Shown piece after piece: positions 28,158-37,276 of a DNA stretch of 64,000 bases. Within the stretch, counting starts at the first letter, position 1. The number at the start of each line of letters is the position of its first letter. Source of the stretch: an uncultured virus (IMG/VR IMGVR_UViG_3300020044_008989) (taxonomy: Duplodnaviria > Heunggongvirae > Uroviricota > Caudoviricetes); the IMG/VR virus record IMGVR_UViG_3300020044_008989, positions 1 to 64,000 of that record. One strand, 5' to 3'. The notes under the pieces are model-generated. The model had not been told where the DNA came from, did no database searches, and saw nothing but the letters and a program-made list of their open reading frames with translations. Made by a program: the position numbers and the translations under genes.

Positions 28158-28748
28158 TTATCTTTCGATTAACCTTGCTCCCTTTGAGCAATTCTCACTC
28201 AACCACAGTGGTCTAAGGTTTGTATAATGATTCAATCTAATACAGAGTTCTCTGTCAATATAGCCATCTGCACCTTTGCAGGTGGCTAGCGGCACAATAT
28301 GATCCAGCGTCCATTTATTAAAACCGTACCCGTAATTATCCCAAGACATTCCTTCTGTAAATAGTGATTGTAAATGTTCTCTAAATTCATTCTTAGAACA
28401 GCCTAAGATTTCTACGGTTTTTAAACCCGATCCTTTTAGATATGACCTAATTCTTTGTCTAAAATTAAGGGCAAATCTTTCAAATTCGCTAAGTTTTCCA
28501 GGGTTTCTCTTCTTGTATGCCGAAGACGATCTTCTTCCCCTTAATCTATCGTTTTGCTTTTGAAGATCGCTTCTCTTTTTATATAGTTTTCTACTATAAC
28601 CTCTTTCTTTTTCGAGAAACCTTTCATCGGATATTCTTTTAAACCATCTGTAATGTTTATTATAACCTCTACTACCTTTTCTATTTTCTACAAAAATAGT
28701 ATCTAATTCAGTTTGAGGTAAAGAGGATTTATATTCGTCCCAAGTCAT
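28158..28748 (-). mobile_element. HNH homing endonuclease inserted antisense between ssb and a GT gene
   Basis: ILGCS..EF..HL..LF.EGMSWDNYG..W.LDHIVP...NHYTNLRPLW..ENCSK; ATG 28748 is 8 nt after GTGTAA. Confidence 0.88.
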
Positions 28749-28765
28749 TATTAAATTTACACACA

Positions 28766-29833
28766 ATGCAACTAATCGTCCACACCCCAGTAAATCCACT
28801 TAGCCTAGGAAATGTAGGTTTTAATCTTCTCCGAGAATGCTACAAGCGAGGATACGAAATTGGCTGGTTCCCTGTTGGGAATACCGATCTTTCTGCGTTT
28901 AGGGTAGATCAACCTTTTGTGGATTGGCTACAGAAGTCGGCGAATCAGAGATATGATTTCCTTGGTAAGGACTTGCCTGCCGTTGTTAATTGGCACATAA
29001 ATCAATCAGAAAGACTCTATTCGCGGCGACAAATTTTATGCAGTTACCACGAGACATCTGAGTGTACGGCGGTAGAGAAATCTATTGTCTCTAACCAATA
29101 CAAGACTTTATTTTGTGGCGGTTTTTCTGAAAAAGTATTTCGTGCCGCTGGATTAAATAATGTAGGATCGTTCGATCTTGGCTTCGATGAGGAGTTTTAT
29201 CCTACTGGTAAAAAATACCTAGAGGGCAGAACAGTATTTCAAATCGTGGGAAAATTTGAGGCCAGAAAATTCACAGACAAGATCATTAAACTGTGGATTA
29301 AAAAATACGGCGGTAATTCAAAATACTCTCTGAACCTACTTGTCGAGAATCCATTTTTTTCGCCCGAAGATAATCAGAAAGTTTTAAGCGCCGCTTTTGG
29401 AGGAAGAAAGCCCTTTAACGTCAACGTACTTTCGAGGCTCAAGACGAATTTTGAGATGAACGAGCTTTACAACTGCTGCGATATTGATTTGAGCGGGGTA
29501 GGGGGAGAATCATGGGGATTGCCCAGCTTTAATGCCACCTGCCTTGGAAAGTGGTCTGTGGTCTTAAATGGAGCGGGTCAACAAGCGTGGGCTAATGCCG
29601 ACAATTCTGTTCTTGTGGAATCAAGTGGAATAAGAGAATGTTACGATGGAGTATTCTTTAACAAGGGCGCTGAATTCAATCAAGGGTCGTTCCCAAATGT
29701 AGAAGATGATGCTCTAGTTGCCGCTTTCGAACTCGCAGAAAAAAAAGTCGGCACAATTAACCAATCTGGCCTTGACACTGGCAAAAAGTTTACATACAGT
29801 AGAACACTTGATCAAATCTTAAACGCCTTATGA
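28766..29833 (+). CDS. GT4-like glycosyltransferase
   Basis: VGKFEARK, ELYN.CD, GESWGLP.FNA..LGK. Confidence 0.85.
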   Translation: MQLIVHTPVNPLSLGNVGFNLLRECYKRGYEIGWFPVGNTDLSAFRVDQPFVDWLQKSANQRYDFLGKDLPAVVNWHINQSERLYSRRQILCSYHETSECTAVEKSIVSNQYKTLFCGGFSEKVFRAAGLNNVGSFDLGFDEEFYPTGKKYLEGRTVFQIVGKFEARKFTDKIIKLWIKKYGGNSKYSLNLLVENPFFSPEDNQKVLSAAFGGRKPFNVNVLSRLKTNFEMNELYNCCDIDLSGVGGESWGLPSFNATCLGKWSVVLNGAGQQAWANADNSVLVESSGIRECYDGVFFNKGAEFNQGSFPNVEDDALVAAFELAEKKVGTINQSGLDTGKKFTYSRTLDQILNAL

Positions 29834-30330
29834 AAATCGACAACCTACATTCCGACAATCCCTCAATTCAGAACTGTCTGGTTCTCCCATGGTATCCCAA
29901 CTTTGGACATTGGCCTCAAGACTATATTGGCGATTACGTTTCTCCGACAGATATTGACCCTTATTTTGGCCGAAGCATTACAACTTCTCCAAATACTGGA
30001 GTAAACAAAGAGTCAATTCAATTTGTCCAATCAAAATTCGACAAACAAGTCTGGTTTAAAGAATCAGACGGCGCGTATAAGTTTATCCTTGAAGTGCCAG
30101 GGTATGGCCGCGAACATCTCTCTGTAGAGATTGAGGGCGATACCCTCATTATTAAAGCAGAGAAACCAGTGGGAGAAAATGTCGGCCACTGTTTTGCTGA
30201 GAGATATATTATTCCAGATGATCAAATTCTGGATTTGGGGATGGGCTCTGTTAAAGTAGAGCATGGTATTTTGACAATTTTTTTTCCCGCTCTGCCCGCG
30301 CCAAAATCTCAGACTATTAAACTACTGTGA
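29830..30330 (+). CDS. small heat-shock protein (Hsp20/alpha-crystallin)
   Basis: LEVPGY.RE.LSVEIEG..L.I.A, VEHGILTI. Confidence 0.85.
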   Translation: MKIDNLHSDNPSIQNCLVLPWYPNFGHWPQDYIGDYVSPTDIDPYFGRSITTSPNTGVNKESIQFVQSKFDKQVWFKESDGAYKFILEVPGYGREHLSVEIEGDTLIIKAEKPVGENVGHCFAERYIIPDDQILDLGMGSVKVEHGILTIFFPALPAPKSQTIKLL

Positions 30331-30545
30331 TTGCCACTCTCACATTTAACCTTCCAGAGGAAGCAGAAGAGCATCAAGCGGCAATTGACGGCCAAAAGTG
30401 GAAAAACTCTATGAATAATCTGGACCAGCACTTTAGGGACAAACTAAAATACGGCCACCCTCTTCTTACAGCGGATGAAACCCTTGAATTTGCTAGACAA
30501 AGCATCTACGAAATTCTCGCAGTAGAAGGTCTTTCTTTATACTAA
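30327..30545 (+). CDS. hypothetical protein
   Basis: ATLTFNLPEE..EH..AIDG motif, common in phage small proteins. Confidence 0.65.
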   Translation: MIATLTFNLPEEAEEHQAAIDGQKWKNSMNNLDQHFRDKLKYGHPLLTADETLEFARQSIYEILAVEGLSLY

Positions 30546-30546
30546 T

Positions 30547-30813
30547 ATGTTAAACTGGGAAAAACAATACGACGACGATTCCAACACTGAATGGTATGTC
30601 GCGAGTCCATTTGGGGAAGACGATGGGTTTTCTTATTATTGGCGGCTGTCCCAGAAACTAGAGAATGATAAGATTTTGTGGTATGAAAATCACGATTTGG
30701 ATATTGCCGACGATTGCCCCTGCGACTTTGAGACGTTGGAAGAGGCGAAGCAGTATATTGAGGAGAGGCATTCGGAATTGATTAATAGCGCGGCGGGAAA
30801 ATGTCATGACTAA
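30547..30813 (+). CDS. hypothetical protein
   Basis: ORF track, FETLEEAK motif. Confidence 0.6.
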   Translation: MLNWEKQYDDDSNTEWYVASPFGEDDGFSYYWRLSQKLENDKILWYENHDLDIADDCPCDFETLEEAKQYIEERHSELINSAAGKCHD

Positions 30814-31003
30814 AGATTATCCTTGTTTGTTGCTCCGCATGTGGATTTGTCTTGTCCTGAAACGTAAAGACGCACGAGTAGCTAGAGCAGCATCTACTCT
30901 AGCGATACATGCTCGCGAAACTGGCAACGACGAGCTTTTTGACTTGATGTTTCCTTTACAGGAAAAGTTGTGGGACGCAGTTTACCCCAAGAACAACCAA
31001 TGA
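30806..31003 (+). CDS. hypothetical protein
   Basis: ORF track. Confidence 0.5.
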   Translation: MTKDYPCLLLRMWICLVLKRKDARVARAASTLAIHARETGNDELFDLMFPLQEKLWDAVYPKNNQ

Positions 31004-31197
31004 GCATCCTTGAAGGCTATTACCAGAAAGTCACGGCCAAAAACAACACCGACAGGGAAATCCTGAAGACCGTTTATAATTACTGGGTTAGTCACGATTA
31101 TCCAGCGGCGGAATCTTTGTATCAGAGTGACAATCTTCAAGTGGATGGTTTGGAGTTGGTAGGAAAGTTACTAGAACTTTTAGAGAAAAGTCGTTAG
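31000..31197 (+). CDS. hypothetical protein (MSILEGYY...)
   Basis: start refined to the ATGA overlap. Confidence 0.5.
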   Translation: MSILEGYYQKVTAKNNTDREILKTVYNYWVSHDYPAAESLYQSDNLQVDGLELVGKLLELLEKSR

Positions 31198-31205
31198 TAT
31201 AGTTT

Positions 31206-31595
31206 GTGCCCCTATACTGTTTCACTAATAGCGACGAGTCTGAATATGTTGATGTGTTTTTTCACATGAACGACAATAAAGTTTATATGGGGCCAGATGG
31301 GAAAGAATGGCGGCGCGTTTACACTTCTCCTAACGCCTCGATAGATAGCAAGATCGACCCATTTTCTAGTAGAGATTTTGTAGAAAAGACGGGGAAAAAG
31401 AAGGGAAATTTTGGCAACCTTTTAGATGCTGCAAAAGAGGCGAGCATCCAAAGAGCCGAAAAAGAGGGCCGCGATGTTGTTAAGGAAAAGTGGCTAAAAA
31501 ATTACGAAACCACTAACGGCGTCAAACATTTTGACTCTAGCAAAGATAAAGTAGTGAAAAAGAACGGCGTAACCATCGACTTCGGCGCGAAATGA
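31206..31595 (+). CDS. FmdB-like (MP.Y) small regulatory protein, Zn ligands lost
   Basis: MPLY.F...; TAGTAT 5 nt before the GTG. Confidence 0.55.
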   Translation: MPLYCFTNSDESEYVDVFFHMNDNKVYMGPDGKEWRRVYTSPNASIDSKIDPFSSRDFVEKTGKKKGNFGNLLDAAKEASIQRAEKEGRDVVKEKWLKNYETTNGVKHFDSSKDKVVKKNGVTIDFGAK

Positions 31596-32434
31596 AGTTG
31601 TCCGTTTGTATTGCCACTTGTGACGACTTCCATCGCTTGCAATTCACTATTCAGGCGCTAAAACTGTATCACCCGATTTGCGCCTCAAAAGAGTGTGAAT
31701 TTATTGTGTTTGATAACTCCCCAGATGGGATTCACTCTGTCGAGACAAAGAAATTTATCGAGGGGCCAATTCGCGGCAAGTATTTCGCTTTTCAATCCCC
31801 GCAAAGTTCATGGAACAAGTATCGCATGATCCCATTTGCAGATGGGGAGATTATTCTGGGATTAGACTCTCATGTGCTGATTCAGCAAGGCGGCGTCCAA
31901 AAGTTGGTTGATTACTTTGATAAAAATCCAGAATCAAGGAACTTAATCCAAGGCCAACTTCTTTACGACCCACTAACAAGCGGCCCTACAAAATTAGATC
32001 ACCGATGGGGCTCTGGAATGTTTGGCGTGTGGGCGGACTCTAAACCTCTATTAACGGAGGGCGAATTTCCCATTGAAAGTATGGGGATGGGTCTTTGGGC
32101 CGTTAGAAAGAAAGCGTGGAAGGGAATTTCTCCATATTTTCGTGGTTTTGGCAGCGAGGAGTACACGATTCACCGTTACATTAAGCACTGGGGCGGCGAA
32201 ACAATTCTATTAGGTGGACTTGGATGGTTTCATTCTTTTCAAAGACTCTCGCCGCCATCTTTTAAAATTTCCAATGAGGATAGAATGTTTAACTACTTTC
32301 TTGGGGCGTTTGACGTTTATAAAACAGAAGATCATCCGTTCTTCCAAGAGGTAAGAGAGTATTTCTTGGGAGAGAAAGTTCCTGAGTCCGTTATTGAGAC
32401 TATCTATCAGGAAGCAAAGAGCTTGGTTTTTTAA
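31592..32434 (+). CDS. GT2 glycosyltransferase
   Basis: LSVCIAT, IVFDNS, LDSHV, FRGFGSEE, WFH. Confidence 0.82.
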   Translation: MKLSVCIATCDDFHRLQFTIQALKLYHPICASKECEFIVFDNSPDGIHSVETKKFIEGPIRGKYFAFQSPQSSWNKYRMIPFADGEIILGLDSHVLIQQGGVQKLVDYFDKNPESRNLIQGQLLYDPLTSGPTKLDHRWGSGMFGVWADSKPLLTEGEFPIESMGMGLWAVRKKAWKGISPYFRGFGSEEYTIHRYIKHWGGETILLGGLGWFHSFQRLSPPSFKISNEDRMFNYFLGAFDVYKTEDHPFFQEVREYFLGEKVPESVIETIYQEAKSLVF

Positions 32435-32951
32435 AGACTAAACCATTTTCGCGGGCGAAATTTCTTATCATTGCGGATTTGGAGCGGGTGGTTTGAGTCA
32501 TTTCCTCCATGAAAATAAAACCCCAATCTTCGAATACGTCAATCCAATAACTTGCAGGTTGACAATTAACATGATGATATCCAGCCTTTTTAGGCGGCGC
32601 GTGAGTTAGGAACACGGAAGAACAAGAATTAAATGTCTCCATAAAATTAGGTAGATACTTTTCTTCAACGTGCTCCACAAATTCTACCGACCAACCTAGA
32701 TCAAAAACAGGGATTTTTAGCGGCCCGCTAGAAAAATCGTGAGAAACTACTGATTCACGAGCCATTTTAGGATCGCCGTCTATTCCCTGCCAAGAAATAT
32801 TTTTTGCGGCGGCAAGTTTTTCCATTCCTCCTGGCCCGCATCCAATATCAACCATAGATTTTACGCCAAAAGATTCTATCATGTAATCTAAGACCCCCGA
32901 ATCAACGTGAGTAACATTCAAGTGTCCGCCGAGATGTTTGGGAGTAGTCAT
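32400..32951 (-). CDS. class I SAM-dependent methyltransferase (likely sugar O-methyltransferase)
   Basis: SMVDIGCGPG, GIDGD, WSVEFVEHV, HHVN.Q...YW. Confidence 0.85.
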   Translation of the reverse strand: MTTPKHLGGHLNVTHVDSGVLDYMIESFGVKSMVDIGCGPGGMEKLAAAKNISWQGIDGDPKMARESVVSHDFSSGPLKIPVFDLGWSVEFVEHVEEKYLPNFMETFNSCSSVFLTHAPPKKAGYHHVNCQPASYWIDVFEDWGFIFMEEMTQTTRSKSAMIRNFARENGLVFKKPSSLLPDR

Positions 32952-33595
32952 GGTCTGTCAAAGCAGTTAATTTTACTTGGAAGATTCGACAAGTTTACAA
33001 TTCGCACTCCTAAGTTCCTTGAGAGGTTGTATGCTTGATTGAATTTATTGATCAATTCCTCTTCCCCTAATCTAAGAGGGTCTGGTGTTCCATGCCCATA
33101 AAAAAAGTCGCTTTTAAATTCAGAAAAAGTTTCCTCGGACCAATCTTTAATTGTTTGATTTGGGGCGCGAAGAAAATTATTTTGCGGCGTTGGTTTTCCA
33201 AGAGATAGCCACTTGTCTGTCTTATCCTTATTGTAATCATGATCGAAACCAAGAAGATGAATTGCCTCGCCAGCGAACTCGTTCATTATCCAATATAACC
33301 CCTGAAAAAACATGGTGTATCCAACCCAATGTTCGGGAGACTGACACGCAATACCGTGATTCTTACAGAAATTTTTAATCGCCGTCGAGTATTCTTTGTG
33401 GCTTATTTCTTGCGAGTAGTTTTTATTCTTGGGGTAGTTTTCCCTTGGGAAGTCTCCAGAGTGAATCCAAATATCAAATTGAGAATCGTCAAAAAGCCTC
33501 CATGCGTTGTTTAAACATACAATCTTGTAGTAAGAAAGGTCTATGTTTTTGACTTGAAGCGAGGAATTTCCGCTCCCGATATAAAGAATAGGCAT
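32948..33595 (-). CDS. sialyltransferase/Maf(DUF115)-fold putative glycosyltransferase
   Basis: IGSGNS, VCLNNA, G...F.GLYW, IHLLGFD. Confidence 0.55.
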   Translation of the reverse strand: MPILYIGSGNSSLQVKNIDLSYYKIVCLNNAWRLFDDSQFDIWIHSGDFPRENYPKNKNYSQEISHKEYSTAIKNFCKNHGIACQSPEHWVGYTMFFQGLYWIMNEFAGEAIHLLGFDHDYNKDKTDKWLSLGKPTPQNNFLRAPNQTIKDWSEETFSEFKSDFFYGHGTPDPLRLGEEELINKFNQAYNLSRNLGVRIVNLSNLPSKINCFDRP

Positions 33596-33606
33596 CCCCT
33601 ATACTA

Positions 33607-33870
33607 TCAATCCACGCGCTTTTTAGCATAAGCCGCGCCGCTAGTCAACTGAATAACCTCAAAAGGAAAACTTAGTTCAAACGGATGATTGAAGCTTTTA
33701 CCCGTGAGATAAGCTGAATTATCACATAGAGCAGAGGTAATGCCAGTCACCCCAAAAGTCACCCCAACAGTCTGAATCCCAACAAACTTGCCCGTATAAA
33801 TGGTTCCACCAGTGATAAATGAGCCGCCCAGCAGGCCCGCGTTAGTTGCTTGGATAGTAGTAGGTGACAT
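33607..33870 (-). CDS. small Gly/Thr-rich putative virion protein
   Basis: beta-rich composition, five S/T-G dipeptides, GTGTAA 9 nt upstream. Confidence 0.55.
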   Translation of the reverse strand: MSPTTIQATNAGLLGGSFITGGTIYTGKFVGIQTVGVTFGVTGITSALCDNSAYLTGKSFNHPFELSFPFEVIQLTSGAAYAKKRVD

Positions 33871-33997
33871 ATTATTGTTTTACACGAAAAGCCAAGGACC
33901 GCTCACTAAAGCATAGTCAATAATAGGAATGACTGGAGGCTTTGAAACGCAAGAAGTTAAGAAAAACAGACATGCGGCCAATACTAGCAACTGTTTC

Positions 33998-34408
33998 TTA
34001 CATGCGGACGCGGTAAATGGATTGGATTTCATTGTCGGTTAATAGTAGCGGTTCTCCTGTTTGTGGTTCTAAAAATATCGGCCCTTTGTCTGTAAAAGCG
34101 CAAGTGATAGCGTGTTGTTCTCCTGATTCTTTAATGTATCCAATTTCTGATACCGCAATTCCTTCAGCCTCGCCCTTGCTTGCTTTGTGGCAAATTTGAG
34201 CAAAAAGTCTGAACATAGAAGAAAAATCATCACAATCAAACTTCTTATCCCAGACGCTTATGTTTAATCTACCGAGTTCTTTAATGAAAAAATCGTAAAA
34301 CGGCCCTAAAACCCACGCCTTTTTCGGGAGATTATAGTCGTTGTCAGTGAAGAGGCATTTCTCCATCCAGGAAAATTGCAAAAAGTCTTTTCGTTTTAAA
34401 ATCTTCAC
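33998..34408 (-). CDS. papain/transglutaminase-fold cysteine hydrolase-like protein
   Basis: FDCDDFS (Cys), HA (His), FLEPQ (Glu); GTGTAA 8 nt upstream. Confidence 0.6.
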   Translation of the reverse strand: MKILKRKDFLQFSWMEKCLFTDNDYNLPKKAWVLGPFYDFFIKELGRLNISVWDKKFDCDDFSSMFRLFAQICHKASKGEAEGIAVSEIGYIKESGEQHAITCAFTDKGPIFLEPQTGEPLLLTDNEIQSIYRVRM

Positions 34409-34468
34409 GTTATTGTTTACACGTTTTCTGGAATATTGCTAGTATAGGGGACGACAATTACTACACAT

Positions 34469-34975
34469 ATGCAATTCCCACTGTACAAAGCGACCCCTTA
34501 CAAAATCAAGAACTCAGAACTTTTTGCTGGAGCAGTATTTAGTTGGAATCTCTGGCGTTTCCAAGATGGTCCAGTGGTTATGATGGAGGCAGTGCGCCAA
34601 AAGTCATACAACCCAGAGAAAAAGACTGGCACTTTTTATAACTGCAAAGACAATCCAGATCAGGGATTCCGCGTTAAGCTAGGAGTAACGGAAATTGGAG
34701 GGTTGTTGCACGCTATTAGGACTTACGATTCTTATAGGATGTTTCATAATTTTGATGACAATAAGACGAAAATTGATTTCGTGACCTACGCTAAAAAGCC
34801 AAAAAATGAGGGCGATGCGCCGACCAAGGCTTTTTCTCTTACTGTTAATAGGAACGGAGTGGCAATTGGTATGGGCGTTGAGTTGGCGGAAGCAGAAGCT
34901 TTGCGAGTTTTCCTTGAAACGGCACTCGCTGAAATTTTCTATGCTAGTGGGCAGCAACAGCAAAAGGGAGAATAA
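34469..34975 (+). CDS. Whirly/PC4-like ssDNA-binding protein
   Basis: KLGVTEIGGLL, MFHN, FSLTV, VELAEAEAL resemble Whirly SLSVTEIG / FFHD / FFNLSV / VTKAEF. Confidence 0.55.
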   Translation: MQFPLYKATPYKIKNSELFAGAVFSWNLWRFQDGPVVMMEAVRQKSYNPEKKTGTFYNCKDNPDQGFRVKLGVTEIGGLLHAIRTYDSYRMFHNFDDNKTKIDFVTYAKKPKNEGDAPTKAFSLTVNRNGVAIGMGVELAEAEALRVFLETALAEIFYASGQQQQKGE

Positions 34976-36891
34976 TGGTCAAAAAACGAGTAGCCGTTCA
35001 TACTGACCATAGCACTTTATTTACTGGTTTCGGTAAATTTAAACGCGCCCTTCTTCGTTATCTTTATAAAACTGACAAGTTTGAACTTTTTGAGTTTTCG
35101 AATGGCATTCAGCATGGAGCACCAGAACTATCTAGGTTGCCTTGGCCGTGTTTTTCTACCCTGCCTACTCCAGAGCAGCAGCAACAGATAAATTCTATAC
35201 AGGATAACGGTCAAAGAGATAATGCTCAAAGGCAAGCGAACTATGGTCGATATGGAGTTCAAAAACTTTTGCGCGAAAATAAAATTGATGTACTCGTATC
35301 GTCACAAGATTCGTGGGGGGTAGATTTTTTGCCTAATCTGCCAGAGGTTCAGAATACTACATTTATTCCCCATGTAACGATTGATTCCGAGTTTTTGATT
35401 CCGTCTCAGATTGATTTAGCGGGCTCAGTTGATAAGCTCTATACTTGGGCGTCTTTTGCTCTTAGGGAGTATAAGAAGCACGGGTATAATAATGTTGAAT
35501 TTCTTCCTGGATGTGTGGACTCGTCCAACTTCTTTCCGCTGGAAGACGGCAAGAGAAGAGGATTAAGGCAAAAATTCGGCCTAAACGACTCATTCTCAAT
35601 CATTTACGTTTTTAGGTCACAACTCCGTAAGCTGGTTCCAAATCTACTTGACGGATTCAAACTCTTCAAGGAGAAATATCCAGAATCAAAAGCTAAACTC
35701 ATTCTTGTTACAAGTGCTCAGGAAGGGTGGAATATCCCAGAATTAATCTCTCAGAGAAGTTTGGACCCGAAGGATATTTTCTTTTGTTATTTTTGTAAAA
35801 ACTGCAAACATTACGAACTGCGTCCGTTTTCAGGACACGATCAAGACTGTCCTCACTGCGGCACACAAAAAACATTCAACACGATCAATATCGTCCACGG
35901 AATTTCCGAGGAGCAGTTGAATGAGTGTTATAATTGCGCAGACATGTTTTGCTCTGTTATGACATCGGGGGGTATGGAAATCAGCCCTTCTATCGAGGCT
36001 AAGTGCGCTGGTTTGCCCGTCGCTTGCACGGGATATTCTTGCGGCGAAGACATTGTTGGCGATGATAGGGGAGGAATCAATATTGAGTATGAAAAGTATT
36101 ACGAGTTCGGGTCATCCTTCGCCAAGGCTTCATCTCAAGGACTACAGGTATTGGACGCTATTGAAAAAATCTGGCTCATGGGAGAAAATGGCAGAAAAGA
36201 ATTTGGATTAATTGGCCGAAAATTTGTCCAAGAAAATCTCGCGCCCGAAATAATTGGCAAAAAATTCGAGGAATTAATTGACGCCGCGCCATATTCTAAT
36301 TGGGACGGTTGGACCCCTCCACCTAAAAACCCCGCACACATTCCCCCGAACAATCTCTCTCCACAAGATTTTGTATTAGATTTATTCGCCAACATTCTCC
36401 GCGAAAGAGTCGATAAAAACAACAGCCAAGTAAAGCATTGGACTGATCACTTAATACGTTCTAATGATCATCAAGGCATTTACAATCATTTTGTCAACCT
36501 TGCGGCTCAACACAACGCTCAATTAAATCATAAAACAGTTGACTTTGGTGAGTTGCTTGACCCTTCAGATGAGAAGAGATTATTAATTGTGATGCCTGAA
36601 AGCGCTGGAGATGTTATCATGGTAAATTCTTTAATCCCGCGAGTGAAAAAACTTTATCCCGAATTCAGAATTTATTTTGCAACAAAACCTCAGTTTAAAG
36701 AATTAGTTGAGCATCTACCAGAGATTCATCGGGTGTTGGATTACCTACCAGCGATGGATGATATTTTCGCCATGACAGGAAGAGGTTCCCACAGGGGGTT
36801 TTTTGATTACTGCTTCTTGCCGCATGGTCAAACGCAAAGATTTTTTCAATACCAGATGAGGGACAATGAACTACGGAGGGAATGGATGTGA
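34975..36891 (+). CDS. multidomain glycosyltransferase: GT4 with inserted Zn finger + C-terminal GT9 N-lobe
   Basis: TGFG, RSQLRKL, CKNC...CPHC, LNECYN.AD, EAKCAGLPV; tail LLIVMPESAGDVIM...LYPE. Confidence 0.85.
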   Translation: MVKKRVAVHTDHSTLFTGFGKFKRALLRYLYKTDKFELFEFSNGIQHGAPELSRLPWPCFSTLPTPEQQQQINSIQDNGQRDNAQRQANYGRYGVQKLLRENKIDVLVSSQDSWGVDFLPNLPEVQNTTFIPHVTIDSEFLIPSQIDLAGSVDKLYTWASFALREYKKHGYNNVEFLPGCVDSSNFFPLEDGKRRGLRQKFGLNDSFSIIYVFRSQLRKLVPNLLDGFKLFKEKYPESKAKLILVTSAQEGWNIPELISQRSLDPKDIFFCYFCKNCKHYELRPFSGHDQDCPHCGTQKTFNTINIVHGISEEQLNECYNCADMFCSVMTSGGMEISPSIEAKCAGLPVACTGYSCGEDIVGDDRGGINIEYEKYYEFGSSFAKASSQGLQVLDAIEKIWLMGENGRKEFGLIGRKFVQENLAPEIIGKKFEELIDAAPYSNWDGWTPPPKNPAHIPPNNLSPQDFVLDLFANILRERVDKNNSQVKHWTDHLIRSNDHQGIYNHFVNLAAQHNAQLNHKTVDFGELLDPSDEKRLLIVMPESAGDVIMVNSLIPRVKKLYPEFRIYFATKPQFKELVEHLPEIHRVLDYLPAMDDIFAMTGRGSHRGFFDYCFLPHGQTQRFFQYQMRDNELRREWM

Positions 36892-37274
36892 TTAAAAATA
36901 TTGAAGAATTGAAAGTGGCAAACAATGAGTTTAATAAACACCTACTCTCTTTAGCAACGAGATGGATTAAGGCAAGACCGTCAAATGATGGATACGGGAT
37001 GCCTCAGTCTGTCAAAATAGAAAATAATAGAATTAGTTTCTTCTGCCGACCAGCATCCCCTGGTCTTTCCAAGTACTATTTTATTAGCGACAAGTATTTG
37101 GATGACGACCTTGCGTTAGAAGAGGACAGTTTAAAAGATTATAATGAAGAAAAACTACTAATTGAAAAAATTTCCTTTTTAAAAAAATCAAAAGATGTTT
37201 TGGAGCTTCAAAAACTTGAAGTGGAACTTTCAAATAAGCTTAATATTTATGGTAATACCAGCTTATTCTCTTAA
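36882..37274 (+). CDS. hypothetical protein (AT-rich insertion)
   Basis: 130-aa ORF between two GT genes. Confidence 0.55.
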   Translation: MDVIKNIEELKVANNEFNKHLLSLATRWIKARPSNDGYGMPQSVKIENNRISFFCRPASPGLSKYYFISDKYLDDDLALEEDSLKDYNEEKLLIEKISFLKKSKDVLELQKLEVELSNKLNIYGNTSLFS

Positions 37275-37276
37275 GA

